Source: an uncultured Candidatus Rokubacteria bacterium (GTDB lineage: Bacteria; Methylomirabilota; Methylomirabilia; Rokubacteriales; DASRDR01). From it: a stretch of 64,000 bases of DNA. The DNA is taken from contig CAWGVS010000006.1 in NCBI GenBank assembly GCA_963826115.1, positions 928,001-992,000 on the forward strand, read 5' to 3'. Under the pieces are notes generated by a model. It saw only the letters and a list, made by a program, of their open reading frames with translations, was not told the DNA's origin and did not search any database. Shown one piece after another: positions 36,096-45,949 of the stretch; position 1 is the stretch's first letter, and each line of letters begins with the position of its first letter. The position numbers and the translations under genes are program-made.

Positions 36096-36191
36096 CATGT
36101 GGCCGTGTCAAGCCGGAGGCGGTGGGGCGGGATGGCAGCGGGAGCCGGCGCCCGGTGCCGCCGGCGGGCGCCCCCGCGGGCGCCGGACAGT

Positions 36192-36221
36192 CGAGAGGGG
36201 AGCCGCGGGGCTCCCCTCTCG
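36192..36221 (-). terminator. Strong hairpin downstream of the sugar ABC SBP gene (terminator or stabiliser)
   Basis: Perfect 13-bp stem CGAGAGGGGAGCC / GGCTCCCCTCTCG with a 4-nt loop; no U-tract. Confidence 0.55.
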
Positions 36222-36248
36222 TGGGTCGGGACTCGGAAGGCGGGCGGT

Positions 36249-37577
36249 CTAGCCCTTGGCGTGCCGGGCGTAGATCTCCGCGATCGCCTTGTGGGCTTCC
36301 TCGACGGCCTTCTCGGCGGGCCAGTTCTCGACGAGCACGCGCTGGGTCATCTTCCCGATCACGTGCGTGTTGAGGACCTCGCCGGCCGCCGGATTCGGCG
36401 AACCGGCGTAGCTGACCGGGACTCCGGTCTCCGCCAGTGTGATGAAGTGCTTGAAGACCGGCTTCTCCCGCCAGAAGGGGCTGTCGAAGAGCCGCTTGTA
36501 GACCGGCACCCAGCGCCCGCCGGTCGACTGGACGATCTTGTCGTAGTTCGAGGGCTGGAGCATGTACTCGATCAGCCCCTTGCCGAGCTCCGGGTACGGG
36601 CTCTTCTTGAAGAGGCCCAGGGACCAGGTGTCGATCTGGCTGATGCTGCCGGCGGGACCGGCCGGGACCGGGAAGATGCCCGTCACCTTCTGGAGGTCCT
36701 TGTCGTTCCCGTCGAGGTAGGCGTAGACGCTCGTCGGGTTCATGACGAACGCCGCCTGCTTCGACTGGTAGGCCTTGTTGTTCCCGGAGTCGTCCCACGA
36801 GATCGCACCCGGGGGGATGATCTTGTGGGTCTTGAACATGGCCTCCAGCACCTTGAGACCGGCGATGTTCCCGGGGGAATTCATCGCGATCGTCTTGTTG
36901 TCCTTCTCGACCATCTTCCCGCCGTAGCACCAGAGCAGGTTCATCACGTTGTCGGTCGTGTCGAACGTGAGGCCGAGACAGATGCCGAACGCAAAGAGGC
37001 GCGGCGGCTCCTGGATCTTCTTGCTGGTCTCGATGAACTCGTCCCACGTCTTCGGATAGTCGACCTTGGCCTTCTCCAGGAGATCGAGCCGCGCGTGGAC
37101 GGGCCACGGGTTCACGGCCAGGGGGACGCCGAGGTAGCGGCCATTGACGCGGACGGCCTCCAGGGTGGCCTCGAAGATCCCCTTGGGCTCCTTCCGCATC
37201 TTCTCGACCGTGTCGGTCATGTCGACCAGGTGCCCCTGGCTACCGAAGAACTGGACGTTCGACTCGTACAGCCGCATGACGTCGGGAGGGTTCCCGGCCT
37301 CGAGACCGGCCGACAGCTTCTGGATGAAGACGTCGTTCCCGACGACCGAGAACTCGACCTCCTCGTCCTTCAGCCCGGCCGACTTCGCGAACTCGTAGAC
37401 CTGGTCCTTCTGCAGCTGGTCCGCGATCGGGGTGAAGTTCGGGAGCTGCCAGAAGATGAGCTTCTTGGCCCGCTGGGCGTGACTCTTGTTGACCAGCCAC
37501 CACGGGCTCGTCGTGGCGATGCCGGTCGCGGCCGCCACCTTCAGGACCTGTCGTCGCGATACGCGCACTTCTGTCAT
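36249..37577 (-). CDS. Carbohydrate-type ABC transporter substrate-binding protein with Tat signal
   Basis: SRRQVLK Tat motif, AGNPPDV, YPKTWDEF, SWDDSGNNKAY, PAGPAG. Confidence 0.9.
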   Translation of the reverse strand: MTEVRVSRRQVLKVAAATGIATTSPWWLVNKSHAQRAKKLIFWQLPNFTPIADQLQKDQVYEFAKSAGLKDEEVEFSVVGNDVFIQKLSAGLEAGNPPDVMRLYESNVQFFGSQGHLVDMTDTVEKMRKEPKGIFEATLEAVRVNGRYLGVPLAVNPWPVHARLDLLEKAKVDYPKTWDEFIETSKKIQEPPRLFAFGICLGLTFDTTDNVMNLLWCYGGKMVEKDNKTIAMNSPGNIAGLKVLEAMFKTHKIIPPGAISWDDSGNNKAYQSKQAAFVMNPTSVYAYLDGNDKDLQKVTGIFPVPAGPAGSISQIDTWSLGLFKKSPYPELGKGLIEYMLQPSNYDKIVQSTGGRWVPVYKRLFDSPFWREKPVFKHFITLAETGVPVSYAGSPNPAAGEVLNTHVIGKMTQRVLVENWPAEKAVEEAHKAIAEIYARHAKG

Positions 37578-37628
37578 CGTGCTGTTCTCCTCTGCTGTAC
37601 CGGCTTGTAGTGGTGTGTCCGCTCTCCG

Positions 37629-38471
37629 CTAGCCCTTCACCCCGCCCAGCGTGAGCCCCTTCACGACCCATCGCTGGAAGACGAGGTACAGGATCACGGG
37701 GGGGAGAGCGCTCAGGACCGCCGAGCCCATCATCGGTCCCCAAAAGAACACGTCTTCTACGATGAAATTGGAGATGCCGGCCGTGACGGTCCGGACCTCG
37801 TTGCTGCTGACGAAGACCTGCGCGTACAGGAACTCGCCCCAGGCCTGGGTGAACGAGAAGAACGCCACCACCGCGAGCGCGGGGAGCGACATCGGGAGGA
37901 TGATGCGCACGAGGGTGCCCATCCGGGAACAGCCGTCGACCAGCGCCGCCTCCTCGAGCTCGAGGGGCACCGAGCGGAAATACCCCATCAGGAGCCAGGT
38001 GCAGAACGGCACCGTGAAGCCGAGATAGGCCAGTACGAGCCCATGATAGGTGTCGACGAGCCGAAACGCCGACATCACGGCGAACAGCGGGATGAAGAGG
38101 AGCGACTGCGGCACCAGGTAGGTGAACACCAGGCCACTGGCGATGGTCTTCCGCCCACGGAAGCGGAGCCGGGCAAGCGCGTACGCCCCCAGGCAGCCGA
38201 ACACGAGCGAGGCGGCAGTCGTTGCCCCCGCGACGATGATCGAGTTCTTGACGTACTTCACGAAGGGCGTCTTCGCGAACAGGAGGCGGTAGGCGTCCAG
38301 CGTCGGGTGACGCGGCACGAGCGTCGCCTCGAAGCCGTAGATCTCCTTGTCCGTCTTGAGCGAGGTGGCGATCATCCAATAGAAGGGCACGAGCGTCCAG
38401 ATCAGCATGACGACGAGGAGGCCATTGCCGATCCAGCGGAGCAGCTGCTGTGTACCGGACTTGGTCCGCAT
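37629..38471 (-). CDS. Carbohydrate ABC permease (MalG-like)
   Basis: WMIATSLK, AYALARLRFRG, SVPLELEEAALVDGCS (EAA loop). Confidence 0.92.
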   Translation of the reverse strand: MRTKSGTQQLLRWIGNGLLVVMLIWTLVPFYWMIATSLKTDKEIYGFEATLVPRHPTLDAYRLLFAKTPFVKYVKNSIIVAGATTAASLVFGCLGAYALARLRFRGRKTIASGLVFTYLVPQSLLFIPLFAVMSAFRLVDTYHGLVLAYLGFTVPFCTWLLMGYFRSVPLELEEAALVDGCSRMGTLVRIILPMSLPALAVVAFFSFTQAWGEFLYAQVFVSSNEVRTVTAGISNFIVEDVFFWGPMMGSAVLSALPPVILYLVFQRWVVKGLTLGGVKG

Positions 38472-38477
38472 TTGAGC

Positions 38478-39470
38478 CTACTCGTCGGTTGGCCGAAGCA
38501 TGCGGCGCGTGAGGAAGATGATGAGCAGGACCAGGACGGGGAAGAAGACAAGGGAGACGGCGGCGCCCATCCCCAGGCGGAAGGCCCCGAGCGCCATCGT
38601 GTACGACAAGTGCGGGAAAATCTCGGTCCGCCCCGCCGGGCCGCCCTTCGTGAGGATGTAGACGAACTGTAGGTTCGTTGCGGTCCAGATCGTGGAGAGC
38701 ATCACCGTCGTCAGGAAGATCGTGCGAAGCCGCGGGATGGTGACGTAGAAGAACTGCTGGACGATCGAGGCGCCGTCGATCTCGGCCGCCTCGTAGAGCT
38801 CCTTGGGTATCGCCTGGAGCCCCGCCAGGAACGTCATGGTGTAGAAGGGCGTGCCCGCCCAGACCACGACCGCGATGACACAGCCCATGGCGAGGTTCGG
38901 ATCGGAGAGCCAGGAGATGATGTTCTTCGTGATGTGGAAAGTGATCAGGAAGTTGTTGAGGAAGCCGGAGAGATCATCGAAGATCCACCGCCAGTTCAGG
39001 GACACGATGACGATGGGTATCGCCCAGGGAACGAAGAGGAGCGTCCGGAAGATGTTGTTGAAGCGCCGCTCCTGGTCGAGGACCAGGGCCATGGTCAGGC
39101 CGAGCACGAACTTGAGGGCGACCGCCACCAGCGTGTAGACGACGCTGTTGTACATCGTTCGGACGAAGAGGTCGCTCCGGAACAGATCGACGTAGTTCTG
39201 GAGCCCGACGAACCGCCCCGGCGCACCGACCATCTTGTTCTGGAGCGACAGGTAGATGCCGATGAAGAACGGGTAGGCGACCATCCCCAGGATGATCAGG
39301 AACGTCGGCGTCAGGATGGCGTAGGCGAGCGTGTTCTCGCTTCGACGGCGGCGCCGGACGCGCCCCGCGGCCTGCGTCGGCGCGGCGACGAGGATCGACT
39401 CCTGATAGGCCTCGGTCGGGTCGGCTCGAACCGCCACCGGCGTCCCTCCAGGGTCGTCGCCCGGGTCCAC
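38478..39470 (-). CDS. Carbohydrate ABC permease (MalF-like)
   Basis: FVGLQNY, FVPWAIP, LAGLQAIPKELYEAAEIDGAS, LTKGGP. Start uncertain. Confidence 0.9.
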   Translation of the reverse strand: MDPGDDPGGTPVAVRADPTEAYQESILVAAPTQAAGRVRRRRRSENTLAYAILTPTFLIILGMVAYPFFIGIYLSLQNKMVGAPGRFVGLQNYVDLFRSDLFVRTMYNSVVYTLVAVALKFVLGLTMALVLDQERRFNNIFRTLLFVPWAIPIVIVSLNWRWIFDDLSGFLNNFLITFHITKNIISWLSDPNLAMGCVIAVVVWAGTPFYTMTFLAGLQAIPKELYEAAEIDGASIVQQFFYVTIPRLRTIFLTTVMLSTIWTATNLQFVYILTKGGPAGRTEIFPHLSYTMALGAFRLGMGAAVSLVFFPVLVLLIIFLTRRMLRPTDE

Positions 39471-39516
39471 GAGGACAGGTGTCCCCGCGTGCCGGCCAAA
39501 GGTGTGAACCTGCGCG

Positions 39517-39546
39517 ATTATTCGTCGCCGGGCCGCGCGCTGTCAA
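39517..39546 (-). promoter_or_regulatory. sigma70-type promoter of the sugar ABC operon
   Basis: Minus strand TTGACA, 18 nt spacer, AATAAT. Confidence 0.5.
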
Positions 39547-39678
39547 GGTCCGCCTCCGATCGCGGTCTGGCGAGGCCCCCGCGGTCCGTGCGACAATCGG
39601 CCGCTGACGTCCGCCGGGGCCTACCGGCAGCGACGCATCACCCATGACCAGCGGCTCGACGACGAGCGAGGGCAGCGC

Positions 39679-40194
39679 GTGCCCGCCGGGGTGAACCGGC
39701 GTGACGTCGCCGTCGCGGTGGCCGTCGTGCTCCTTGGGGTCGTCGTGATCGGCCTCGGGCTCGGGGTGGAGCCCGGCGTCCAGACCGACCCGCTCGGCCC
39801 GCGGGCGTTCCCGCTCACGCTCGGCGGCGCGATCGTGCTCTGCGGGCTCCTGCTCGGCGTCGCGGCCGTCACCGGCGACCGGTGGACGGTCTCGACCGCG
39901 ATGTTCGTGGAGTCGGCCGACGACGACGCCAGCGAGGCGGCGGTCCACTCTCCATGGCGGCTCGTCCTGGCCGTGGCCGCCACCGCGGCCTACCTCTTCC
40001 TGTTCGAGCGCCTGGGGTACCTTCTCGCCACGCCCCTCTACATCGCGGCCATCATGCTCCTCCATCCGGGGGTGCGGGCTCGCGCGTTCGTGAGCGCCCC
40101 CGTGCTCGTGACGCTCGGCCTCTACGCCGCCTTCCGGTTCGGCCTGCTCATCCCGATCCCGGACGGGATCCTCGAATCGTGGCTCCCGTGGTGA
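39679..40194 (+). CDS. tctB: Tripartite tricarboxylate transporter small subunit TctB
   Basis: DPLGPRAFP, 4 TM, YLFLFERLGYLLAT, IPIPDG. Confidence 0.88.
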   Translation: MPAGVNRRDVAVAVAVVLLGVVVIGLGLGVEPGVQTDPLGPRAFPLTLGGAIVLCGLLLGVAAVTGDRWTVSTAMFVESADDDASEAAVHSPWRLVLAVAATAAYLFLFERLGYLLATPLYIAAIMLLHPGVRARAFVSAPVLVTLGLYAAFRFGLLIPIPDGILESWLPW

Positions 40195-40204
40195 GGCGCG
40201 GCCG

Positions 40205-41716
40205 GTGAGCCTGCTCGAGGGGCTGGCCGGCGGCTTCGTCAGCGCGCTCGAGGGGCCGCGCATCGTCGCCATGGTCGGCGGCGTCGCGTGGGGAATCATC
40301 GGCGGCGCCATCCCGGGGATCAGCGGCGCCGTCGCCATGGCGCTCGTCCTCCCGTTCACCTACGCCATGGACGCCACGACCGCCCTCGTGATGCTCGCCG
40401 GCGTGTGGGCCGGCGCGAACTACGGGGGCTCGATCCCGGCCATCCTGATGCGAATTCCCGGCACGCCGGCGTCCGCCGCATGCCTGATGGACGGCTACGA
40501 GCTGACGCGGCAGGGCAAGGCGGCGAAGGCTCTCGGGGTCTCGCTCGTCTGCGGAACCATCGGGGGCCTGATCAGCATCGTCGTGCTGATCGCGATGGTC
40601 CTCCCCCTGGGGGAAGTGGTGCTCCAGTTCGGATCGCCCGAGACGTTCGCTCTCGCGCTGTTTGCTCTCACCCTCCTCGCCGGGTTGGCCGAGGCGAGCT
40701 TCCTGAAGGGTCTCGCGTCGGGCTTCGTCGGCTTGCTCCTCACCACCGTCGGGCTCGACACGCTCACCGGCTCCCTGCGGTTCACGTTCGGCCGGACCGA
40801 GCTGTTGACCGGCGTCGACGTCGTCGCCGCGATGGTCGGCCTCTTCGCGATCACCGAGATGCTCTACCGCATCGCGCATCCGGGCGAGGCTCCCGTGGTC
40901 CTGACGGATCGCGCGCACACCGCCTTCCCGACGCTCCGCGAGCTGCGGGAGCTCTGGCCGGCCACCCTCGTCGGCACCATCGTCGGCCTGATCGTGGGCG
41001 TGATGCCGGGCGCCGGGGCGACCGCGTCCTCCTTCGTCGCGTACAACGAGGCGCGCCGGTGGTCGAAGCGGCCGGAGCTGTTCGGGAAGGGATCGATGGA
41101 GGGCGTGGCCGCGCCCGAGACGGCGAACAACGCGGTGCAGGGGGGCGACCTGGTGCCGACGCTGGCGCTGGGCATCCCGGGCTCCAACTCGGCGGCGATC
41201 ATGCTGGCCGCGCTCATCCTGCACGGCATCCAGCCCGGCCCGTTCCTCCTGTCCAAGCACCCGCAGCTCGTCTACACGCTGTTCGCCGGGCTCCTCATCG
41301 TGAACCTCCTGATGATCCCGGTGGGTCTCGTGATCCTGCGGCTGTGTCTCCTGGCCCTCCACCTCGCGACGCCGGTCCTCGTCTCGGCCGTGCTCGCGCT
41401 GTGCGTCATCGGCACGTACGCCTCGGAGCTCCACATCGTGAACCCGTGGACCGCGCTGGCCTTCGGGGTCCTGGGCTGCGCGATGCGCGCCTACGGCTTC
41501 TCGCCGGCGGCGATGGTGCTGGGCATGGTGCTGGGCGTGATGGCGGAGAGCGAGCTCCGGCGGTCGCTCATCATCTCCCACGGGAGCTGGACGATCTTCG
41601 CGACGCGGCCGATCACGGCGGCGCTGCTCGCGCTGACCGTGGCCGTGCTGGTCTACCCCCTGGTGTTGGGCGCCTTGCGCCGGTGGCGGACGAGCGGGCT
41701 GCCGGCGGCGACCTGA
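40205..41716 (+). CDS. tctA: Tripartite tricarboxylate transporter large subunit TctA
   Basis: GAIPGIS, YGGSIPAILMRIPGTP, GVAAPETANNA, PTLALGIPGS. Confidence 0.95.
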   Translation: MSLLEGLAGGFVSALEGPRIVAMVGGVAWGIIGGAIPGISGAVAMALVLPFTYAMDATTALVMLAGVWAGANYGGSIPAILMRIPGTPASAACLMDGYELTRQGKAAKALGVSLVCGTIGGLISIVVLIAMVLPLGEVVLQFGSPETFALALFALTLLAGLAEASFLKGLASGFVGLLLTTVGLDTLTGSLRFTFGRTELLTGVDVVAAMVGLFAITEMLYRIAHPGEAPVVLTDRAHTAFPTLRELRELWPATLVGTIVGLIVGVMPGAGATASSFVAYNEARRWSKRPELFGKGSMEGVAAPETANNAVQGGDLVPTLALGIPGSNSAAIMLAALILHGIQPGPFLLSKHPQLVYTLFAGLLIVNLLMIPVGLVILRLCLLALHLATPVLVSAVLALCVIGTYASELHIVNPWTALAFGVLGCAMRAYGFSPAAMVLGMVLGVMAESELRRSLIISHGSWTIFATRPITAALLALTVAVLVYPLVLGALRRWRTSGLPAAT

Positions 41717-41742
41717 CCCTCGACCACAAGGAGGCGAGTGAC

Positions 41743-42723
41743 ATGAAGATGCGCTGGGCTCTCGCAACCCTGACGGCCGCTGTGCTCGCCCTGACCGTGG
41801 CGGCCGGGCCGGACCCCGCGTCCGCCCAGCCGTTCCCGACGCGTCCGATCACGTTCGTCGTGGGGTTCGCCCCGGGCGGGGGCGCCGACGTCTTCGCGCG
41901 CGCGCTCGCGGACGCGGCCCGCAGCATCCTCCCGCAGGCGATCGCGGTGGAGAACCGGCCGGGCGCCGGCGGGACGGGCGCCGCGGCGTACGCGGCGGGC
42001 CGCCCTGCCGACGGCCACACCATCCTGTTCGCGCACGCCGGGTCGTCGATCATCACGCCGACGATCACCAACCAGCCGCAGCTCAAGTGGGACGCCTTCG
42101 AGCCGGTGGCTCGGATCCACGCGGAGGAGGAGTGGCTGTTCGGGCATCCCGACGCGCCGTGGCAGACCATCGAGCAGGTGGCCGCCCACGCCAAGGCGCA
42201 TCCCAAGCAGCTGCGGGTCGCCGGCTCCGCGATCGGCGGGATCGACAGCTTCGTGGTGCTCTCCTGGGAAAAGGCGGCCGGCATCGACGTCGAGTACATC
42301 CCGCACGAGGGCGGGGGGCCGGCCACGCTCGCCTTCCTCGGCAAGAACGCCGAGCTCCTCATCGGCAACATGTCCGAGGTCAGCCAGCACGTCGAGGCGA
42401 AGAAGATGGTGCCGCTCGCGGTGGCCAGCGAGAAGCGGAGCGGCATCTTCCCGAACGTCCCTACCCTCAAGGAGAAGGGCTGGGACGTGGTGATGGTGCA
42501 GTGGCGGAGCGTGCTCGCGCCCAAGGGGACGCCGGCGCCCCGCGTCGCGGCCCTCGCCGAGGCGTTCCAGAAGGCGATGGGCGCCGAGTCCTGGAAGGCC
42601 TTCAACCAGAACTCCAAGGCGATCGACGCCTTCCTCGGGCCCGCGGACTTCCGGAAGTTCCTCACCGCCGAGGAGGACCGGTTCATCAAGATCATCGACC
42701 AGCTGGGCTTGCGGAAGAAGTAG
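41743..42723 (+). CDS. tctC: Tripartite tricarboxylate transporter substrate-binding protein TctC (Bug)
   Basis: FPTRPITFVVGFAPGGGAD, VENRPGAGG, PADGHT, VPTLKEKG. SD AAGGAGG. Confidence 0.93.
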   Translation: MKMRWALATLTAAVLALTVAAGPDPASAQPFPTRPITFVVGFAPGGGADVFARALADAARSILPQAIAVENRPGAGGTGAAAYAAGRPADGHTILFAHAGSSIITPTITNQPQLKWDAFEPVARIHAEEEWLFGHPDAPWQTIEQVAAHAKAHPKQLRVAGSAIGGIDSFVVLSWEKAAGIDVEYIPHEGGGPATLAFLGKNAELLIGNMSEVSQHVEAKKMVPLAVASEKRSGIFPNVPTLKEKGWDVVMVQWRSVLAPKGTPAPRVAALAEAFQKAMGAESWKAFNQNSKAIDAFLGPADFRKFLTAEEDRFIKIIDQLGLRKK

Positions 42724-42732
42724 AGCCGTCGC

Positions 42733-43581
42733 GTGGACGTCTCCCAGATCGGCTACGCCGCGTCGTCGGGCCCGGTGGAGCGCTACTTCCCGCTGGCGCG
42801 GCGGCAGTCGCTCGGCTGGCTCGAGTTCTCGTGCCAGAACCCCGTGAACTTTCCCCAGACGTTCGACCGGGCGCGGACCCGCCGCGTCCGGTCGCTCGTC
42901 GACCGCTCGGGCGTCCGGTGCGGGCTCCACTCGGCCTCCTTCGTCAACACCGCGGAGATCATGCCCACGGTTCGCAAGGCCGTCCTGGCCCATCTGCGGG
43001 AGTACGTCGACCTCACCGCCGCGCTCGGCTGCGAGTACCTCGTGGTCCACTGCGGCTTCCACTTCAGCGCGTATCTCAAGACGGTGCGGGCGGCCCTCTA
43101 CGAGACGATGGCGCGCGCGGTCGAGTACGGCGAGCGCCACCAAGTGCCGCTGGTCATCGAGAACATGAACCCGCTGCCGGGCGACTCGGAGTTCCAGTAT
43201 CTCGGCGTGACGGTCGAGGAGTTCCGAGCGCTCTTCGACCGGATCCGGTCGCCCTACCTCGGCCTCGCCCTCGACGTGGCCCACTGCGAGCTGGTTCCCG
43301 GCGGCACGGTCTCCTTCGTGCGCGCGTTCGGCGGGCGGATCCACTCCGCCCAGATCTCGGACAACCGCGGCCGCATCGACGAGCACCTCACGATCGGGGA
43401 GGGGACGATCGACTTCGGCCGGGTGCTCCGCGCGCTCCGCGGGATCGGCTTCACGGGGCCGCTCATCATCGAGCTCTTCGACGTGCCGAAGAAGCTCCGG
43501 AGTCACCGCCGGCTGCTGGCGCTCCTGGCGGGGCGCCCGCGGGCCGCGCGCCGCTCGCGTCGCCGTCCGGGACGGGCCTAG
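42733..43581 (+). CDS. Sugar phosphate isomerase/epimerase (AP_endonuc_2 TIM barrel)
   Basis: LVVHCG, IENM, LDVAH, QISDNRGRIDEHL, GEGTIDF, IIE. Confidence 0.87.
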   Translation: MDVSQIGYAASSGPVERYFPLARRQSLGWLEFSCQNPVNFPQTFDRARTRRVRSLVDRSGVRCGLHSASFVNTAEIMPTVRKAVLAHLREYVDLTAALGCEYLVVHCGFHFSAYLKTVRAALYETMARAVEYGERHQVPLVIENMNPLPGDSEFQYLGVTVEEFRALFDRIRSPYLGLALDVAHCELVPGGTVSFVRAFGGRIHSAQISDNRGRIDEHLTIGEGTIDFGRVLRALRGIGFTGPLIIELFDVPKKLRSHRRLLALLAGRPRAARRSRRRPGRA

Positions 43582-44771
43582 CCGGCCCGGAGCGCCTCCG
43601 TCACCGGGAGGCGGGCGGCGCGCACCGCCGGCAGGAGCCCGCCGGCGAGGCCGATGGCGAGCGCCCACGCGAGGCCCCGGAAGAGCAAGCCCCACGTCAC
43701 GCGGAAGTCGAACGCCACCTGCGAGAAGGTGCTGAAGTTCAGGGTGGCGAGGGAGACGCCGTCGCAGTAGAGGTAGGCCATCGCCCCGCCGGCCGCGCCG
43801 CCGCCGAGCGCCAGGACGAGCGCCTCGATCATCACCGACACGACGACCGGCAGGCCCCCGAAGCCGATGGCCCGCAGCGTGGCGATCTCCACCTGGCGGC
43901 TCGCGATGGCCGAGTACATGCAGTTGAGCGCGCCGAAGGTCGCGCCGACCGCCATGAACCCGGCGACGGTGTACCCGAGCACGTTGATCAGGTTTGACAG
44001 GATCATCGCCTGCTTCGCGTAGTACTCCGGCTCCCGGAGCACGCTGATCGAGAAGCGCCGATCGGCGCTCACGCGGTCCCGGAACGCCTCGAGGCCCGCC
44101 GCGGAGCCGTCGGCGAGCCGCGCCGTGACCGACTGGTACCCCTGGCGCCGGAACGCCGACATGGTCACGTCCGCGTCGGCCCAGATCTCCGACTCGTGGA
44201 CGTCGCCGCCGGAGGCGAAGTGCCCGACCACGGTCCAGTCGCTGTCGCGGAAGCCGATCCGGGAGCCGACGCCGAGGCCCGCGAACTCCCGCGCGGCCTT
44301 CCGGCCAACCACGACTTCCCGCCGCCCGGGCGTGAAGGGGCGCCCCTCCACGATGGCAACCTCGTCGCGGACCGCGAAGGCCGACGGCCCGACGCCGCGG
44401 AACGGCACGTTGCTCGGCTCGACGTCGCCGTGACGGGGCAGGTCCACCATCACCACGAGCTCCGGCGACGCCAGCGGGCCCCCGTCGCCGTTGCGGGCGA
44501 TGCCCGGCACCGTGCCCAGGAGGGTGGCCACGTCCCGCGCCACGCCGCTCGAGAGCTCGGCGTCGGAGCCCGCGCGCAGCAGGATGACCCGGTCGGGGCG
44601 TCCGGTGCTCGCGAGCGTGTGGCGGAACCCCTCGGACATCGCGAGGACCGAGACCAGCACGCCGACCACGCCGGCGATTCCCACCACCACGACGAGCGAC
44701 GTCCCCGCCCGCTGCGGGAGGGTGCGCAGGTTCATCAGCGCGATCTCGACGACCTGGTGGAGCGCGCGCAC
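43578..44771 (-). CDS. MacB/FtsX-like ABC exporter permease
   Basis: VVVGIAGVVGVLVSVLAM, large periplasmic loop, RQVEIATLRAIGF, LPAVRAARL. GTG 44771. Confidence 0.9.
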   Translation of the reverse strand: MRALHQVVEIALMNLRTLPQRAGTSLVVVVGIAGVVGVLVSVLAMSEGFRHTLASTGRPDRVILLRAGSDAELSSGVARDVATLLGTVPGIARNGDGGPLASPELVVMVDLPRHGDVEPSNVPFRGVGPSAFAVRDEVAIVEGRPFTPGRREVVVGRKAAREFAGLGVGSRIGFRDSDWTVVGHFASGGDVHESEIWADADVTMSAFRRQGYQSVTARLADGSAAGLEAFRDRVSADRRFSISVLREPEYYAKQAMILSNLINVLGYTVAGFMAVGATFGALNCMYSAIASRQVEIATLRAIGFGGLPVVVSVMIEALVLALGGGAAGGAMAYLYCDGVSLATLNFSTFSQVAFDFRVTWGLLFRGLAWALAIGLAGGLLPAVRAARLPVTEALRAG

Positions 44772-44779
44772 CGGCGGTC

Positions 44780-45946
44780 TCAGCGGTGCCCGGCGAGGGC
44801 GTCGACGATCCGGAGCCGCCGGGCGCGCCAGGCCGGCGGCAGTCCGACCGCGAGCGCCAGGCCCACGATGATCGCGGCACCCACCAGCCAGGTCTCGGCC
44901 GTCACGTAGAGTGGCGGGAAGCGAGAGCCGATGGCGCGGTTGAGTCCCGGGAGGACGGTGGCGGCGACCAGCATGCCGAGGCCGCCCGAGAGGGCGAGGA
45001 GCACGAGCGCTTCCGCCAGCACGAGCCCGGTCACCTTGCCGTCGGAGAACCCGAGCGTCTTGAGAATCGCCAGCTCCGGTACGCGTTCGCGGACCGACTG
45101 GGCCATCGTGTTGCCGGTCATGAGCAGGATGGTGAAGAAGACCGCGGCGAGGATGCGGGACACGAGGGCGCCGAGGTCGCCGATCTGCTTCGCGAAGCCG
45201 ACAGCGAACTCCTTCTCGGGCTGGGTCTTCGTCTCGTCGGGGGAGTTCTGGAAGCGCGCGTCGATCGCGGCGGAGATCGCCCGGGCCTGGGTCGAGTCGT
45301 CGATGCGGACGATGTACCAGCCCGTGCGGCCCTTGCCCAGGAGCCGCGCCTCGTCGAAGTGCGCGGCGTTGATCAGGACGACGTCGGTGTTGGCGAGGGC
45401 GGCGGGATCGTCGGCGTCGAGCACGCCGACGAGGTCGAACTCCCAGTCGAGGCCGCCGTCGCTCCTCGGGTGGATCTCGGAGCTGATGGGCAGCTTCTGC
45501 CCCACCTTCCAGCCGTAGCGCTGGACCAGGCGCACCCCCGCCACGGCGCCGGTCCGCGTCCGGGCGAATGCCTCCCGCTGGTCGGCCGGGATCGTGAACT
45601 CCGGGTACATGTCGAGATACCGCGCCGGGTCCACCGCGAACACCGGGAAGGCGTTGCTCTCGTTCTGGTACTTGGCGCCGAACCACTCCGCGTGGGCCAC
45701 CCCGACCACGCCGGGGACCCGCTCGATCTGGCGCAGGTGCGAGATCGGGAGGAGCTCGATGATGGAGTAGCGCGCGGTGGTGAGGAGCCGCTTCGCGTCG
45801 GCGCTGTCGGCGCCCGACTGGAACGCCATGGTGACGGCCTGGAGGAGTCCGAACAGCACGAAGGCCACGAAGACCGAGAGGAGGGTGAGCACGGTGCGGG
45901 TCTTCCGACGGAGCAGCGCGGCCCAGAGGAGAGGAAGGTAGCGCAC
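44780..45946 (-). CDS. MacB/FtsX-like ABC exporter permease
   Basis: RRKTRTVLTLLS, NTMAQSVRERVPELAILKTLGF. Confidence 0.92.
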   Translation of the reverse strand: MRYLPLLWAALLRRKTRTVLTLLSVFVAFVLFGLLQAVTMAFQSGADSADAKRLLTTARYSIIELLPISHLRQIERVPGVVGVAHAEWFGAKYQNESNAFPVFAVDPARYLDMYPEFTIPADQREAFARTRTGAVAGVRLVQRYGWKVGQKLPISSEIHPRSDGGLDWEFDLVGVLDADDPAALANTDVVLINAAHFDEARLLGKGRTGWYIVRIDDSTQARAISAAIDARFQNSPDETKTQPEKEFAVGFAKQIGDLGALVSRILAAVFFTILLMTGNTMAQSVRERVPELAILKTLGFSDGKVTGLVLAEALVLLALSGGLGMLVAATVLPGLNRAIGSRFPPLYVTAETWLVGAAIIVGLALAVGLPPAWRARRLRIVDALAGHR

Positions 45947-45949
45947 GGG

